Assembly: GCA_963727625.1 (NCBI GenBank)
Contig: CAVSHR010000006.1
Coordinates: forward strand, 292,782-356,781
Source of the DNA: an uncultured delta proteobacterium
GTDB lineage: Bacteria > Desulfobacterota > Binatia > UBA9968
DNA: 64,000 bases
Direction of reading: 5' to 3'
Made by a program: the position numbers and the translations under genes. The notes under the pieces were generated by a model that worked only from the letters and a program-made list of their open reading frames with translations, was not told the origin of the DNA and did not search any database. This document shows, one piece after another, positions 43,402 through 52,625 of the stretch; the first letter of the stretch is position 1, and each line of letters begins with the position of its first letter.

Positions 43402-44187
43402 ATGAAACGGCGAAGAACGGGGTTTTGGTTTGTGTTTTTTGCCATGGTCTTCCTGCCGGACCTTGTTGCTATCGCCGGGGGAACCGACAACCTCCCGGAA
43501 ACAATTGAAAAAATTAAGCCGTCGATCGTCGGGATCGGCACTTTTCAGCGGACCCGCCGCCCGCCGTCGATCTTTCGCGGCACTGGGTTCGTCGTCGCGG
43601 ACGGGCTTCACGTTGCCACCAACGCACATGTGTTATCCGAAAAAGTCGACAGCGACAAGCGTGAGATCATCGCCATATTCTCGGGAAAATCCAACGCGAT
43701 TGAAATCCGCGAAGCGACTATAGTTGCCGAAGATCTTGACCACGATATGGGCATCCTCAGAATCACTGGGCGACCGTTACCCGCGATGCCGTTGGGTGAT
43801 CCTGATCGGGTACGCGAAGGTGAAACGTACGCGTTTACCGGCTTCCCGATCGGGATGGTGCTCGGTCTGAACGCGGTCACCCACGTGGCGATTATTTCTT
43901 CGATCACCCCCATCGTCATTCCTCAGTTCTCCGGCCAGCAATTGGACAAAAAGGTCTTAATGCGGCTTACCGCGCCTTATAATGTCTTTCAGCTCGACGC
44001 CACCGCTTATCCCGGCAACAGCGGGAGTCCGCTTTATCATCCCGACACCGGCCAGGTCGTGGGTGTTATCAATAAAGTTTTCATCCAGGAGACCAAGGAG
44101 ACCGTGATCCAGAAACCCAGCGGCATTTCCTATGCGATCCCGATCGGTTACTTAAAAAACCTGCTCAAAAAATACGGTATTGAATAG
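43402..44187 (+). CDS. Trypsin-like (S1) serine protease without PDZ
   Basis: Signal peptide; GTGFVV, TNAHV, HDMGIL, YPGNSGSPL. Confidence 0.9.
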   Translation: MKRRRTGFWFVFFAMVFLPDLVAIAGGTDNLPETIEKIKPSIVGIGTFQRTRRPPSIFRGTGFVVADGLHVATNAHVLSEKVDSDKREIIAIFSGKSNAIEIREATIVAEDLDHDMGILRITGRPLPAMPLGDPDRVREGETYAFTGFPIGMVLGLNAVTHVAIISSITPIVIPQFSGQQLDKKVLMRLTAPYNVFQLDATAYPGNSGSPLYHPDTGQVVGVINKVFIQETKETVIQKPSGISYAIPIGYLKNLLKKYGIE

Positions 44188-44529
44188 ACTATTTTTCAAG
44201 TTCACCACCCGCAGGAGTGGGAAATTTTGGATTTCCTGAAAAATTTTTAGAGCCTAAAAATCACAAGCGTAAAAACTCGTCCTAAAGCTAGTCGCTTCAG
44301 CTGCTGAATTGCCGCAGTAAAGGTTTCTTTTCCTGCGGCGAATGCGGCAACCCGTTTATAGGGGATGAGCGACAAGAGCGTGGCCCCAAAGATAAACTCG
44401 GAGATTGCCACCCCGATTCTCGATTTGCTCGATACGCCGTAGCTGGGAATCGCGTCATTGACAGGTGGCGACACCTGCGTTTGTTCACCGGTCGCCTTTC
44501 AATTCTTCCAGGGAGTCTACGATTAAGTC

Positions 44530-45294
44530 TCAGGATGCCAGTCGGCTCGAGGGTTTACCGATATGAATATGCGGGCCCGTAGACGCGCCGGCGACGGCGC
44601 TGCGAAAAGCAATAAACGGTATGCCGCTCTTGCGCAGGTGTTCCATGAGCGCTCTCCCTTCGACACTGTCGGGGTGAAGCCCGACATCCATCGAGTCGCG
44701 ATGATCGAAATGCAGGCGATTATGAGTCTCCGATTGGCCTAGAGCAGTGATCGGCAGCCGCCGTCCGAAGGTTCGAGAGAAATACTTCTCGATACTGGGT
44801 GCTTCTTTGAGCGACCATTTAAATCCACCGTTGAAGCGCGCCAGATCTTTCGTCTCGCTGTAACCATTTACCGACAGCGCCGGCAGACGCTCGACCTTCT
44901 CGCCCAACACCGCTTCGGTGATGGCAATGTCGGTCTCAATCACCGAGTGACGCATTTCATACACCCGTTTGAGTGCGGCGATAAAAGCTTGCTCCGTTTC
45001 CTGGACCTCCGCTTTCGCGATCTGGCCGGCTTGGAAAAGTTTGCGTCGCCTAATCACGTCCGCCCGCAACTTGGCCTGCTCTCGTTCATAGCCAGCTAAG
45101 AGACTGCGGTCTTTTGCCAAAAGATCTCTCATATTTGAAAGCGAATCCCCGCTGCCAGATTGATTGCCCACCCGGATCAGAGCAAGCGGCTGGCCGCGCT
45201 GGAGCGTTATTAAACCTGCAAGCAGCACCGGGAGAATGACCGCGGTGATGAGAAAAGTCCGAGACTTTGACAGATGGGCGAGCATCAACCTCAA
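44530..45294 (-). CDS. Membrane-anchored paralog of 42457-43230
   Basis: N-terminal TM, coiled coil, THNRLHFDHRDSMDVGLHP...STGPHIHIG. Confidence 0.75.
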   Translation of the reverse strand: MRLMLAHLSKSRTFLITAVILPVLLAGLITLQRGQPLALIRVGNQSGSGDSLSNMRDLLAKDRSLLAGYEREQAKLRADVIRRRKLFQAGQIAKAEVQETEQAFIAALKRVYEMRHSVIETDIAITEAVLGEKVERLPALSVNGYSETKDLARFNGGFKWSLKEAPSIEKYFSRTFGRRLPITALGQSETHNRLHFDHRDSMDVGLHPDSVEGRALMEHLRKSGIPFIAFRSAVAGASTGPHIHIGKPSSRLAS

Positions 45295-45455
45295 AGTTTA
45301 AGGGCTTGCGCCGAAACGGTCAAGCCGCAAGAAACTTTGTTGCGAGGCGGTAGGCGAGGAGCCATCAGCCAGCGCGCTTTTGTTATGGGAGCAGCTTTCG
45401 GAGCCGCCGCTGCGCCGACTTGTCGCTGGCATGGTGCTAACCGGGCCATTAAGCC

Positions 45456-46181
45456 TCAGTGAATCGCCTGCCAGCGATAACAGAAAATCGGCGCGGCGCC
45501 ACCCTCGACGACCAGCGCGCCTTGATACCCATCGCCCGGATCGAGTTCCGTCAACGACCAGCCGGGCACGGCAGCGTTGATCTCGACGCGGTTTCCGGCG
45601 CCGTAGGTGATATCTACCTCGTCAAGTGCGCCGGATAAGCCGACACCCTTGGCCTTTAAGAACGCTTCCTTGCCGGTCCAACACTTATAAAACACCTGGC
45701 GCTGCTGCGCCCGAGGCAACCCCGTCAACGCCGCCACTTCGCGTTTGGTGAAGAAGTGATTGGCGACCTCGTAAAACGCGAAATTACTTTTCACAAATTC
45801 GACGTCCACGCCGAGGATCCGACCTCGACTCACCGCAATCAAAGCTTTCTCATGAGAATGAGAAAGGTTAAATTCAAGGGCGCTTTCGACAAGCGCCTCA
45901 GTCAATCTCGGTTTACCGTTCTCCCCTTCACTGAACGGTAAATTTTCGCCGCTAACCTTTAAGTAATCGCCTAATATGGCGCGCAGCGCGACATGGGCGA
46001 CGATATAACGCCGGCGATCATGAGCGAATTTGAATCGATCGGCGCGTTCTTGCTCATCAGGCGAAAGCCGCCTCGGCCACTGAATGACATCGAAGGCCGC
46101 GTCGTTCAAGTGCACCGCCCAGACATGGACATTGCCGTCAAGCGGCGGCAGCGGATCGGGCGCAGCGGGCCAGCAAGTCAT
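45456..46181 (-). CDS. Sfp-type 4'-phosphopantetheinyl transferase
   Basis: NGKP, FNLSHS, GVDVE, WTGKEAFLKAKGVGL. Confidence 0.93.
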   Translation of the reverse strand: MTCWPAAPDPLPPLDGNVHVWAVHLNDAAFDVIQWPRRLSPDEQERADRFKFAHDRRRYIVAHVALRAILGDYLKVSGENLPFSEGENGKPRLTEALVESALEFNLSHSHEKALIAVSRGRILGVDVEFVKSNFAFYEVANHFFTKREVAALTGLPRAQQRQVFYKCWTGKEAFLKAKGVGLSGALDEVDITYGAGNRVEINAAVPGWSLTELDPGDGYQGALVVEGGAAPIFCYRWQAIH

Positions 46182-46408
46182 GGTTGCTCCGCCACATGGA
46201 TTGCTAATTTTCGGCTCGCCTCGGCGGGTCGAGTCACACCGAACCCTCGCCTGCCGCCCGCGGATAAATCCACCGTTCGGGTGTGCGTCAGATCGCCTTC
46301 GAAGGACACTTCGATCGGGTTGCGGTTTTCGCTGACAGAGGGGACGATGTCGGCGGCGTTTTGAGTCGCAGCAATCAGTTTTTCTCCGCCCGTCGTTTCG
46401 CCGGCCAT
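46178..46408 (-). pseudogene. Degenerate acyl carrier protein lacking the DSL serine
   Basis: 76 aa between the ligase and the PPTase, with ATGA overlap; SFEGDL...VDL...FGVT..AE..KL follows the ACP pattern but GADSL is replaced by THTRT. Confidence 0.6.
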
Positions 46409-46420
46409 GAGCGCACCCGG

Positions 46421-47950
46421 CTACCTCGCCAGTAGGGTTGCCGCATCGCGGATGATTTTGCCTGAAGAAGTGCGCGGCAACGCTTCGCGGATGACGATTC
46501 GATCGGGCACTTTGAAATTGGCCAGATTGGCGCGCAAAAACATCAATAGCTCCTTTTTATTCACGCTCGCGCCGGGCCGTGGCACGATCGCGGCACCGAT
46601 CACCTGGCCGCGTTTGACGTCGGCAATCGCGAAAACGATGGTCTCCTGCACACCGGGATAGGTGTAAATCAAATTCTCCACCTCGGCGGGATAGACGTTT
46701 AGACCGCCGGTGATGATCATGTCGTCGCGCCGGCCGAGGTGGTAGAAATAACCGTCGGCGCCGCGTTTGCCGATGTCGCCGGTGTAAAGCCAGCCGTCGC
46801 GAATGCGCTGCGCCGTCGCTTCGGGCCTGCGGAAGTAACCTTTCATCACATGCGGCCCGCGCGTAATGATCTCGCCCGGCTCGTCGACTCCTAACTCCGT
46901 ATGATTCCCATCGATAATCTTGACCTCAACTCCGGGCACCGCGATGCCGATGCTACCGATCTTGGCTTGGGCTCGGGCCGGCTCGACTAAAGTGATCAAC
47001 GGCGACGTCTCGGTCAGACCATAGCCTTGAATCACCTTGATCTGCGGCTGTGCTGTTTGAAAGGCACGCAACAGCGGCAGCGGAATGCTGGTTCCCATCA
47101 TCGCGGCGATCTTCATACTGCTGGTGTCGTAACTGGCGAGATTCTTTACGCCGAGCACCAGTTGAAACACAATCGGCACGCTTTCGAAAACAGTGACGCG
47201 ATACTTTTGAATGCCTTCGAGCAGTGTAACCGGGTTGATCTGATCGAAGATCACCAGCGTATAGCCTTTTTCGGCCAACTCATTGCACACCACCGGGCCG
47301 ACGATATGCGACATCGGTAAGATGCAGCCGCGTATCGTCGAGGCATCCGTGATGCCCATCTCCCCCATAACCCGCGGATACTGGACGAGATTGCGGTAAG
47401 TAAGCACCACGCCCTTGGGCTCGCCGGTAGTGCCCGACGTGTAGAGAATCAAAGCATCGTCGTCGGCATTCAAGCTCGGCAGTGAAACCCTCCGAGCTGG
47501 CGCCGAGAATCGTTTCTCGAAGCTTTGTTCTGCCGCGCCATTGACGATCCATACCGGGACGGCCGCCATCTCTTTGAACACTTCATCGACTTCCGCATAT
47601 AATTGATTGTGCACGATCAAGAGCTTAAGGTCGGCGTCTTTCAAGACGTTCCGCAGCTCTTTTCCCTTGAGCCGGGCATCGAGGATGACGCTCACCGCGC
47701 CGATTTTCTGCGTCGCAAAATAACTCAAGGGGATCGCCGTGGAGTTGGGCAGCAACAACCCGACGCGATCGCCTTGGCGCGTGCCTTCCTGTTGCAAGTG
47801 CCCCGCCAGCGCGTGAACCCGCATGTTTAACGCCGCGAAGGTCAACTCTTCGTCCTTGGTGATGACCGCGGTTTTTTGCGGTTGCCGCGCCGCGGTCTGT
47901 TCTAGAACTTCGGCGGCGAAAAAGCCTACTGAACCGGTATCGTTTGCCAT
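46421..47950 (-). CDS. Class I adenylate-forming enzyme (long-chain acyl-CoA/ACP ligase-like)
   Basis: YTSGTTGEPKG, QGYGLTETSP, YTGD, RRDDMIITGGLNVYPAEVE, LPRTSSGK. Confidence 0.93.
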   Translation of the reverse strand: MANDTGSVGFFAAEVLEQTAARQPQKTAVITKDEELTFAALNMRVHALAGHLQQEGTRQGDRVGLLLPNSTAIPLSYFATQKIGAVSVILDARLKGKELRNVLKDADLKLLIVHNQLYAEVDEVFKEMAAVPVWIVNGAAEQSFEKRFSAPARRVSLPSLNADDDALILYTSGTTGEPKGVVLTYRNLVQYPRVMGEMGITDASTIRGCILPMSHIVGPVVCNELAEKGYTLVIFDQINPVTLLEGIQKYRVTVFESVPIVFQLVLGVKNLASYDTSSMKIAAMMGTSIPLPLLRAFQTAQPQIKVIQGYGLTETSPLITLVEPARAQAKIGSIGIAVPGVEVKIIDGNHTELGVDEPGEIITRGPHVMKGYFRRPEATAQRIRDGWLYTGDIGKRGADGYFYHLGRRDDMIITGGLNVYPAEVENLIYTYPGVQETIVFAIADVKRGQVIGAAIVPRPGASVNKKELLMFLRANLANFKVPDRIVIREALPRTSSGKIIRDAATLLAR

Positions 47951-48924
47951 ATCACAAATGCCCTATGAAATGGTTTGTACCAGCGCGACAGCTGCGCCAG
48001 TTCACCGCGCAGAAGTTTGAGCTTGCCCTGCTGGGTGGCCAGAAAGGCGTCGATGCGGTTGCTGAAAACCGCGCGCCACCACTCAGCCTTGCCGCCGATC
48101 AAGAATTCGCCGTTATTCGATTGATTGAGCGCCGTGATCTCGCCGCCATTGAATTGCACCGTCCACGCTGCCTTGGACTCATCGAGGAATAGCGTGAGCG
48201 ACGTAGTCAGACCGGTTTCGGCGCCCTGGGAGCGGAACAGGGGGTCTTGATTGGCGCTCTTCACCAGCGCCTGCATATGTTCTTGGGAAAACAAGACATA
48301 ACGCTCGCCGGATTGCTGCACCGCCGTCTGCCGCTCGGCTTGAGGTGCGCTGCTCAACGGCGGTGAGCCGCTCGCGCGCTCTTTGAAGAATTGGCAATGC
48401 GCCGCCTCTTCGAGCAAATCGGTCAGCAAAAACGCCTCTAGAAAATTCTTGCCGATCGCTACGGTGCCATGGCCTTTTATAATCACTACCGGATGATACT
48501 TGAGCTCTTCCACGACGAGTTCCGGTTTGGTCACCGTCGGCGTGTCCTGGGCAATGATCGGCACTTCGCCGATGGTGTATTTCTCTTCGAAGCTCAGCGG
48601 CACAAAACTCTCGTGAGTCAAGGAAAAAGCCAGCACCATGGGCGGGTGAACATGGACGATGGCTTGGGCTTCGGTGCCGGCGTAAACCGCCATGTGCATG
48701 GGCGTTTCGCTGGAGGCGTGCTGATCTTTCTTCATCGGCTTGCCGGCGGCGGTGATTTTTACCAAATCCTTTGCGCTAAGAAAGCCCAGCGGCGCATGCT
48801 GCCCGGTGATTAAGAATTGATTTTTGCCAAGCCGGCAACTCAAATTACCGCCCCAGCCGCTGATCAAGCGGCGCTCGAAGAGCGTTTCGCCCCACTGGAT
48901 TATTTCACGTTCGAGCCGGGTCAT
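47926..48924 (-). CDS. Class II aldolase (FucA/Ald2/MtnB-like) fused to a C-terminal SCP2-like domain
   Basis: GGNLSCR, SSETPMH, IVHVHP, IKGHG; C-terminal IDAFLATQQGKLKLLRGEL SCP2-like motif. Confidence 0.85.
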   Translation of the reverse strand: MTRLEREIIQWGETLFERRLISGWGGNLSCRLGKNQFLITGQHAPLGFLSAKDLVKITAAGKPMKKDQHASSETPMHMAVYAGTEAQAIVHVHPPMVLAFSLTHESFVPLSFEEKYTIGEVPIIAQDTPTVTKPELVVEELKYHPVVIIKGHGTVAIGKNFLEAFLLTDLLEEAAHCQFFKERASGSPPLSSAPQAERQTAVQQSGERYVLFSQEHMQALVKSANQDPLFRSQGAETGLTTSLTLFLDESKAAWTVQFNGGEITALNQSNNGEFLIGGKAEWWRAVFSNRIDAFLATQQGKLKLLRGELAQLSRWYKPFHRAFVIWQTIPVQ

Positions 48925-48931
48925 CGTTTTC

Positions 48932-50449
48932 TCAAGATTTAAAGAGTGACCAGGGAATCACTTCGGCGCCAACCGTGCGCGCGGTAACTCCGGGCGGGCA
49001 GATATTGCGGCCGAGAAATGTCCTCACATCGGCGTCCTGGGTTGCCTCCGGCTGCACCGCGCCCGTGAACAATTCGACGGCTACGCCGTGCAGACGCGCC
49101 AAACGCGCCGCGAGCAGGGAGCCGCAAATCGCCTTCGGCCCCGCTTCGGTCAAGTCGTCGTAGAACAAGCAGAGTTTGCGAATTTCACCCTGCGCGAACA
49201 GGGTTCCCATCGCGTTGTCGGAGATCAGCGTCACAGGGATTTGGCGATCGAGGAGTTCCCGCGCCACCACTTGCGCGCCCCAAAGTTGCGGGCGCATTTC
49301 CGGTACCAGCACACTCTCAGCTTGCTCAGCTTTCAAGGCGCTGAGCAAAAAGGCGTACTGATTCTTCGGCGGCACGCCGTAAACCAAGACGTACTTGCCG
49401 CCAGGATCGGAACGGGTAGTTTGACCGGCAGGTTGGGTCTGGTATTTCCGCCGAAACGTTTCCGGCGTATAGAGCGCATCAAATCCGATCAGTTGAGTCA
49501 CCAACGTCGCCGGCGTCAGGTCGAACGAGGGGTAGCGGGCGTTTAAGCCTTGCCCGCTGCCGGCGACCAGGGGATGACCTTGAAATATCAGCAATTCCTT
49601 CGCCGGGCGTTCTTCGATCGCTACGTCGGCGCCCGTCGCCAACGAGCGCGGATCCTGAACCAAAGCATGAAACGGCACGCCATACTCTTTAGCCATGAGC
49701 GCCAGCGGATAGGTTCCGACTTTGTTGATAATATCGCCGTTCTGCGCGACCCGGTCGGCTCCGACGATGATCGCGTCGACGTCGCCGTCGGCAAGCACTT
49801 GTGCCACCGCGCAATCGGGGATCAACGACACCGGCACCCCCGCTTGCGCCAGCTCCCACGCGGTCAAGCGCGCGCCCTGGAGATAGGGGCGGGTTTCGCT
49901 GGCGATCACGGAAAACTCTTTTCCCGCTGCTTTACAATACTGCGCCACTGCAACCAATTCGCCGCTGACGTTGCAATGGGTCAGCAGCCTTGTCGGATTC
50001 GGCAAAATCGACGCTGCCAATTGCGCTCGCACCAGCCGGCCACGAATGATCTGCCGGCCGAACTCTCGAGCTTGTTTGGCGATTGTCGCTCCAGCCGGCA
50101 CGCCGGCGGGTAATTTTTGCAACCGCTCGTCGAAGAAATCTCCCAAACCGGCGAAATCGAAAGTCGGCCGGGCGGCGCAAAACTGTTGGGTCATTTCGGC
50201 CACGCGACAGCGCAGCGCGTCGACATCGTCCTGCACGTGGTTTTGCGCCACCAACGCGCCGCTGTAAAGAAAGGTCAGCACCTGGCCGAATGCGCGGGTT
50301 TTCATGTCGCGCACGGCGTCGATCGCTTGGGAAACGGCGCTCACCTCGATGTAGGAAACCGCGTCGGGCAGAAGAATTTCGTCGAGAATTTTGAATCCCC
50401 CGTCCTGCCACAGGACGGGTTCGAATAGCGGGCTTTGCGCGATGCTCAT
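48932..50449 (-). CDS. mtnA: Methylthioribose-1-phosphate isomerase-like protein with a duplicated C-terminal eIF2B-like domain
   Basis: ARPT, LTHCN, ETRPYLQGARLTAWEL, VGADRVAQNGDIINKVGTY, IEERP, FDLTP; second copy EMRPQLWGAQVVAREL. Confidence 0.85.
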   Translation of the reverse strand: MSIAQSPLFEPVLWQDGGFKILDEILLPDAVSYIEVSAVSQAIDAVRDMKTRAFGQVLTFLYSGALVAQNHVQDDVDALRCRVAEMTQQFCAARPTFDFAGLGDFFDERLQKLPAGVPAGATIAKQAREFGRQIIRGRLVRAQLAASILPNPTRLLTHCNVSGELVAVAQYCKAAGKEFSVIASETRPYLQGARLTAWELAQAGVPVSLIPDCAVAQVLADGDVDAIIVGADRVAQNGDIINKVGTYPLALMAKEYGVPFHALVQDPRSLATGADVAIEERPAKELLIFQGHPLVAGSGQGLNARYPSFDLTPATLVTQLIGFDALYTPETFRRKYQTQPAGQTTRSDPGGKYVLVYGVPPKNQYAFLLSALKAEQAESVLVPEMRPQLWGAQVVARELLDRQIPVTLISDNAMGTLFAQGEIRKLCLFYDDLTEAGPKAICGSLLAARLARLHGVAVELFTGAVQPEATQDADVRTFLGRNICPPGVTARTVGAEVIPWSLFKS

Positions 50450-50476
50450 GATTCGCTAAAAACCGATAGCGGAGGG

Positions 50477-51214
50477 CTAGAGATATTGCAGCGCTTTGCG
50501 CGCGACTTCGATGGTGTTTTTCTCCGCCTCGAAAAACCGCGGCTCGCGAAAACCAAACTTTCCGTGCAGGCACTCGTCGGAAACCGCGAGCACCGCGCCG
50601 GCCTTTTTGCCGCGAACCTGCGCGATGGTGAGAAAGGTCGAAGTCACCATATCGATGCTCGATATATTTTGCTCGTTGAGCTGCTGAATCAGCTCGGGGG
50701 TTTCTTGAAACAGCGCGTCGGTGGTGAAAATCCAGCCGAGATGATAGCGGACCTTCAAGCTATCGGCGGCTTTCTTGAGCGCGTTGACGACATCGCCGTG
50801 CGCGGTGGTGGAAAAATTCTCCGCCACGTAGTAACGCGACGTGCCGTCGCCGCGCAACGCCCCGGTAACGATGACGAGGTCACCGATCTTGACCTCTTCC
50901 TGGAGCGATCCGCAACTCCCGACGCGGATCAGCGCCTGCGCGCCGGCGCCGCAGAGAATCTCCGTCGTAATCGCCGTGTCCGGCGCGTAGCGCCCGCCGT
51001 TGCCGACGGTGACGCGTTTGCCGTCCAAGGTGCCGGTGTACATCTCGTAGTCGAGAAACGTGAAGTTTTTTTGCGAACTTTCCAAAGCCTTTAGAATCAA
51101 TTCGCTGCGCTCTTTCGGACCGGGAATCAGTGCGTAGGGTCCCAGCGAGTCCGGCTTGAGGCCGAGCATGGACAATACTCTTTGCGGCGTAAAGTGGGCT
51201 TCTTTGAGCATCAT
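50477..51214 (-). CDS. Nucleoside phosphorylase (PNP/UDP family)
   Basis: LIPGPKER, LIRVGSCGSL, ALRGDGTS, TTDALFQE, IDM, VLAVSD. Confidence 0.9.
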   Translation of the reverse strand: MMLKEAHFTPQRVLSMLGLKPDSLGPYALIPGPKERSELILKALESSQKNFTFLDYEMYTGTLDGKRVTVGNGGRYAPDTAITTEILCGAGAQALIRVGSCGSLQEEVKIGDLVIVTGALRGDGTSRYYVAENFSTTAHGDVVNALKKAADSLKVRYHLGWIFTTDALFQETPELIQQLNEQNISSIDMVTSTFLTIAQVRGKKAGAVLAVSDECLHGKFGFREPRFFEAEKNTIEVARKALQYL

Positions 51215-52438
51215 CTAAAGTGCCTGCTGGACAAATTCGAGCAGGTCTTGCACGGCGAGCGCCGGCTGTTTGAGCTCCGTAAAAGAACGCTGGCAGAGCG
51301 CGCTGCTCGTGAGCATGAGCTCGGCGCCGGTCGCCGCCGCCTCCGTCATTCGGTCGCGGGCGCTCCATTCGGCCAGCGCGGGGTCGGCCTCAGGCACGCC
51401 GCCGCCGCCGCCGCAACACCACGCCCAGCGCAGATTGCGTTCCATTTCGACCAGCTCGACTCCCGGTATCGCGTTGAGAATTCTGCGCGGCGCGTCGTAG
51501 ACCCCGGCACCGCGCCCGAGATGGCAAGAGTCGTGATAGGTAACCCGTCGGTTCACCGGCTTGGCGAACTTAATCCGCCCCGCGTGAATTAACTGGTCGA
51601 CGTATTCGACGCCATGAAGCGTCTGGAAATCAAGTTCGCCCGTCTTTGTGTATTCGCGCCATATTCGAAGACAGCTGCCGCATGCAATAACGACTTTTTT
51701 GATGCCGGCGGCACGAAGGGTCGTCAGATTGGTTTCTTTCAAGCGTTCATACTCGCGCCGAAAGCCTAAATCGAAGGCGTAAAGGCCGCAGCATTTTTCT
51801 TCGTCGCCGAGAATGACGAAATCTTCTCCGGCCCTTTGCATGATGCCGGCGAGCGCAATCGCGCCGCTGCGGCCGCTGGCGCGGTCGGCCGAGCAACCCG
51901 CGAACAACAGCGTCGTCGCGCCCGACTCGCCCAATTTCTTGAGTCCGAGACCCGTTGCCCAACCGCCCCGTAGGCTTTTCGGCAGGGCAAAAGGATGGTC
52001 ATGCTGCTGCAAGCCTTCATAGATCGGCCGGTGCGCGTCGATGGGACCCTCTTTCTCTGAGATTTCCTCGCGCATCGCCACGGTGATGTCCCACGGCCCG
52101 TAACCGTCGTCGCGCACACCGCAGAGCTCCTGGCACTGGAGACAGTTGCTGCACGCGTAGATCACTTCCTTGAGCTCAGGCGTGATCGGATCGAGACCGT
52201 GAAAAACCCGCTGAGCCATCAGCCATCGTGATTTCGGAGTGTGGCGTTGAAAGCGATAAAACTCATAGGGCGGGCACTTTTCTTTCGGTCCCGGAGCATC
52301 CTCCATCGGATTGGCCGGACCATGGCCGTAGCAAGAGCCGCATAGAACACAGCCGCTGCTGCGCTCGTCAAGTCGTTTGGCGTAAAGCCATTTTTTGACT
52401 CGCTCGAGCCCGAGCAAGATTTTATCGTCGTTTTTCAC
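51215..52438 (-). CDS. GlpC/HdrD-like Fe-S protein with CCG domains
   Basis: CVLCGSC..CP, CSNCLQCQELC, FAGC, EKCCG, CGSC, TYHDSCHLGR, WCCGGGGG. Confidence 0.9.
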   Translation of the reverse strand: MKNDDKILLGLERVKKWLYAKRLDERSSGCVLCGSCYGHGPANPMEDAPGPKEKCPPYEFYRFQRHTPKSRWLMAQRVFHGLDPITPELKEVIYACSNCLQCQELCGVRDDGYGPWDITVAMREEISEKEGPIDAHRPIYEGLQQHDHPFALPKSLRGGWATGLGLKKLGESGATTLLFAGCSADRASGRSGAIALAGIMQRAGEDFVILGDEEKCCGLYAFDLGFRREYERLKETNLTTLRAAGIKKVVIACGSCLRIWREYTKTGELDFQTLHGVEYVDQLIHAGRIKFAKPVNRRVTYHDSCHLGRGAGVYDAPRRILNAIPGVELVEMERNLRWAWCCGGGGGVPEADPALAEWSARDRMTEAAATGAELMLTSSALCQRSFTELKQPALAVQDLLEFVQQAL

Positions 52439-52461
52439 GGAATTGAGAATTTATAGAATTA

Positions 52462-52504
52462 GTTAAGGTTTTAACCTTTATAGCTCGCCAATAGCCGCTG
52501 TCAA
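52462..52504 (-). promoter_or_regulatory. Sigma70 promoter with overlapping palindromic operator (likely MarR site)
   Basis: Minus strand TTGACA (52504-52499), 16 bp, TATAAA (52482-52477); palindromes GTTAA-N4-TTAAC and AAGGTT-TT-AACCTT at 52462-52478. Confidence 0.6.
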
Positions 52505-52625
52505 CTAATTCCGGCGAAAACTGCCAGCTGCGAAAGATATCGAAGAAGCTTGCGCCAAGCCCGCAATTACAGCATGGCGTCGACCGGCCCGGAGGCTCGG
52601 CACCGAGGTGTTTTACTTCGCCGGC

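Noticed and set aside
44247-44474. 75-aa ORF and hairpins between the protease and the second paralog
   Set aside because: No RBS or recognisable motif; may be an eroded gene or terminators, unsupported
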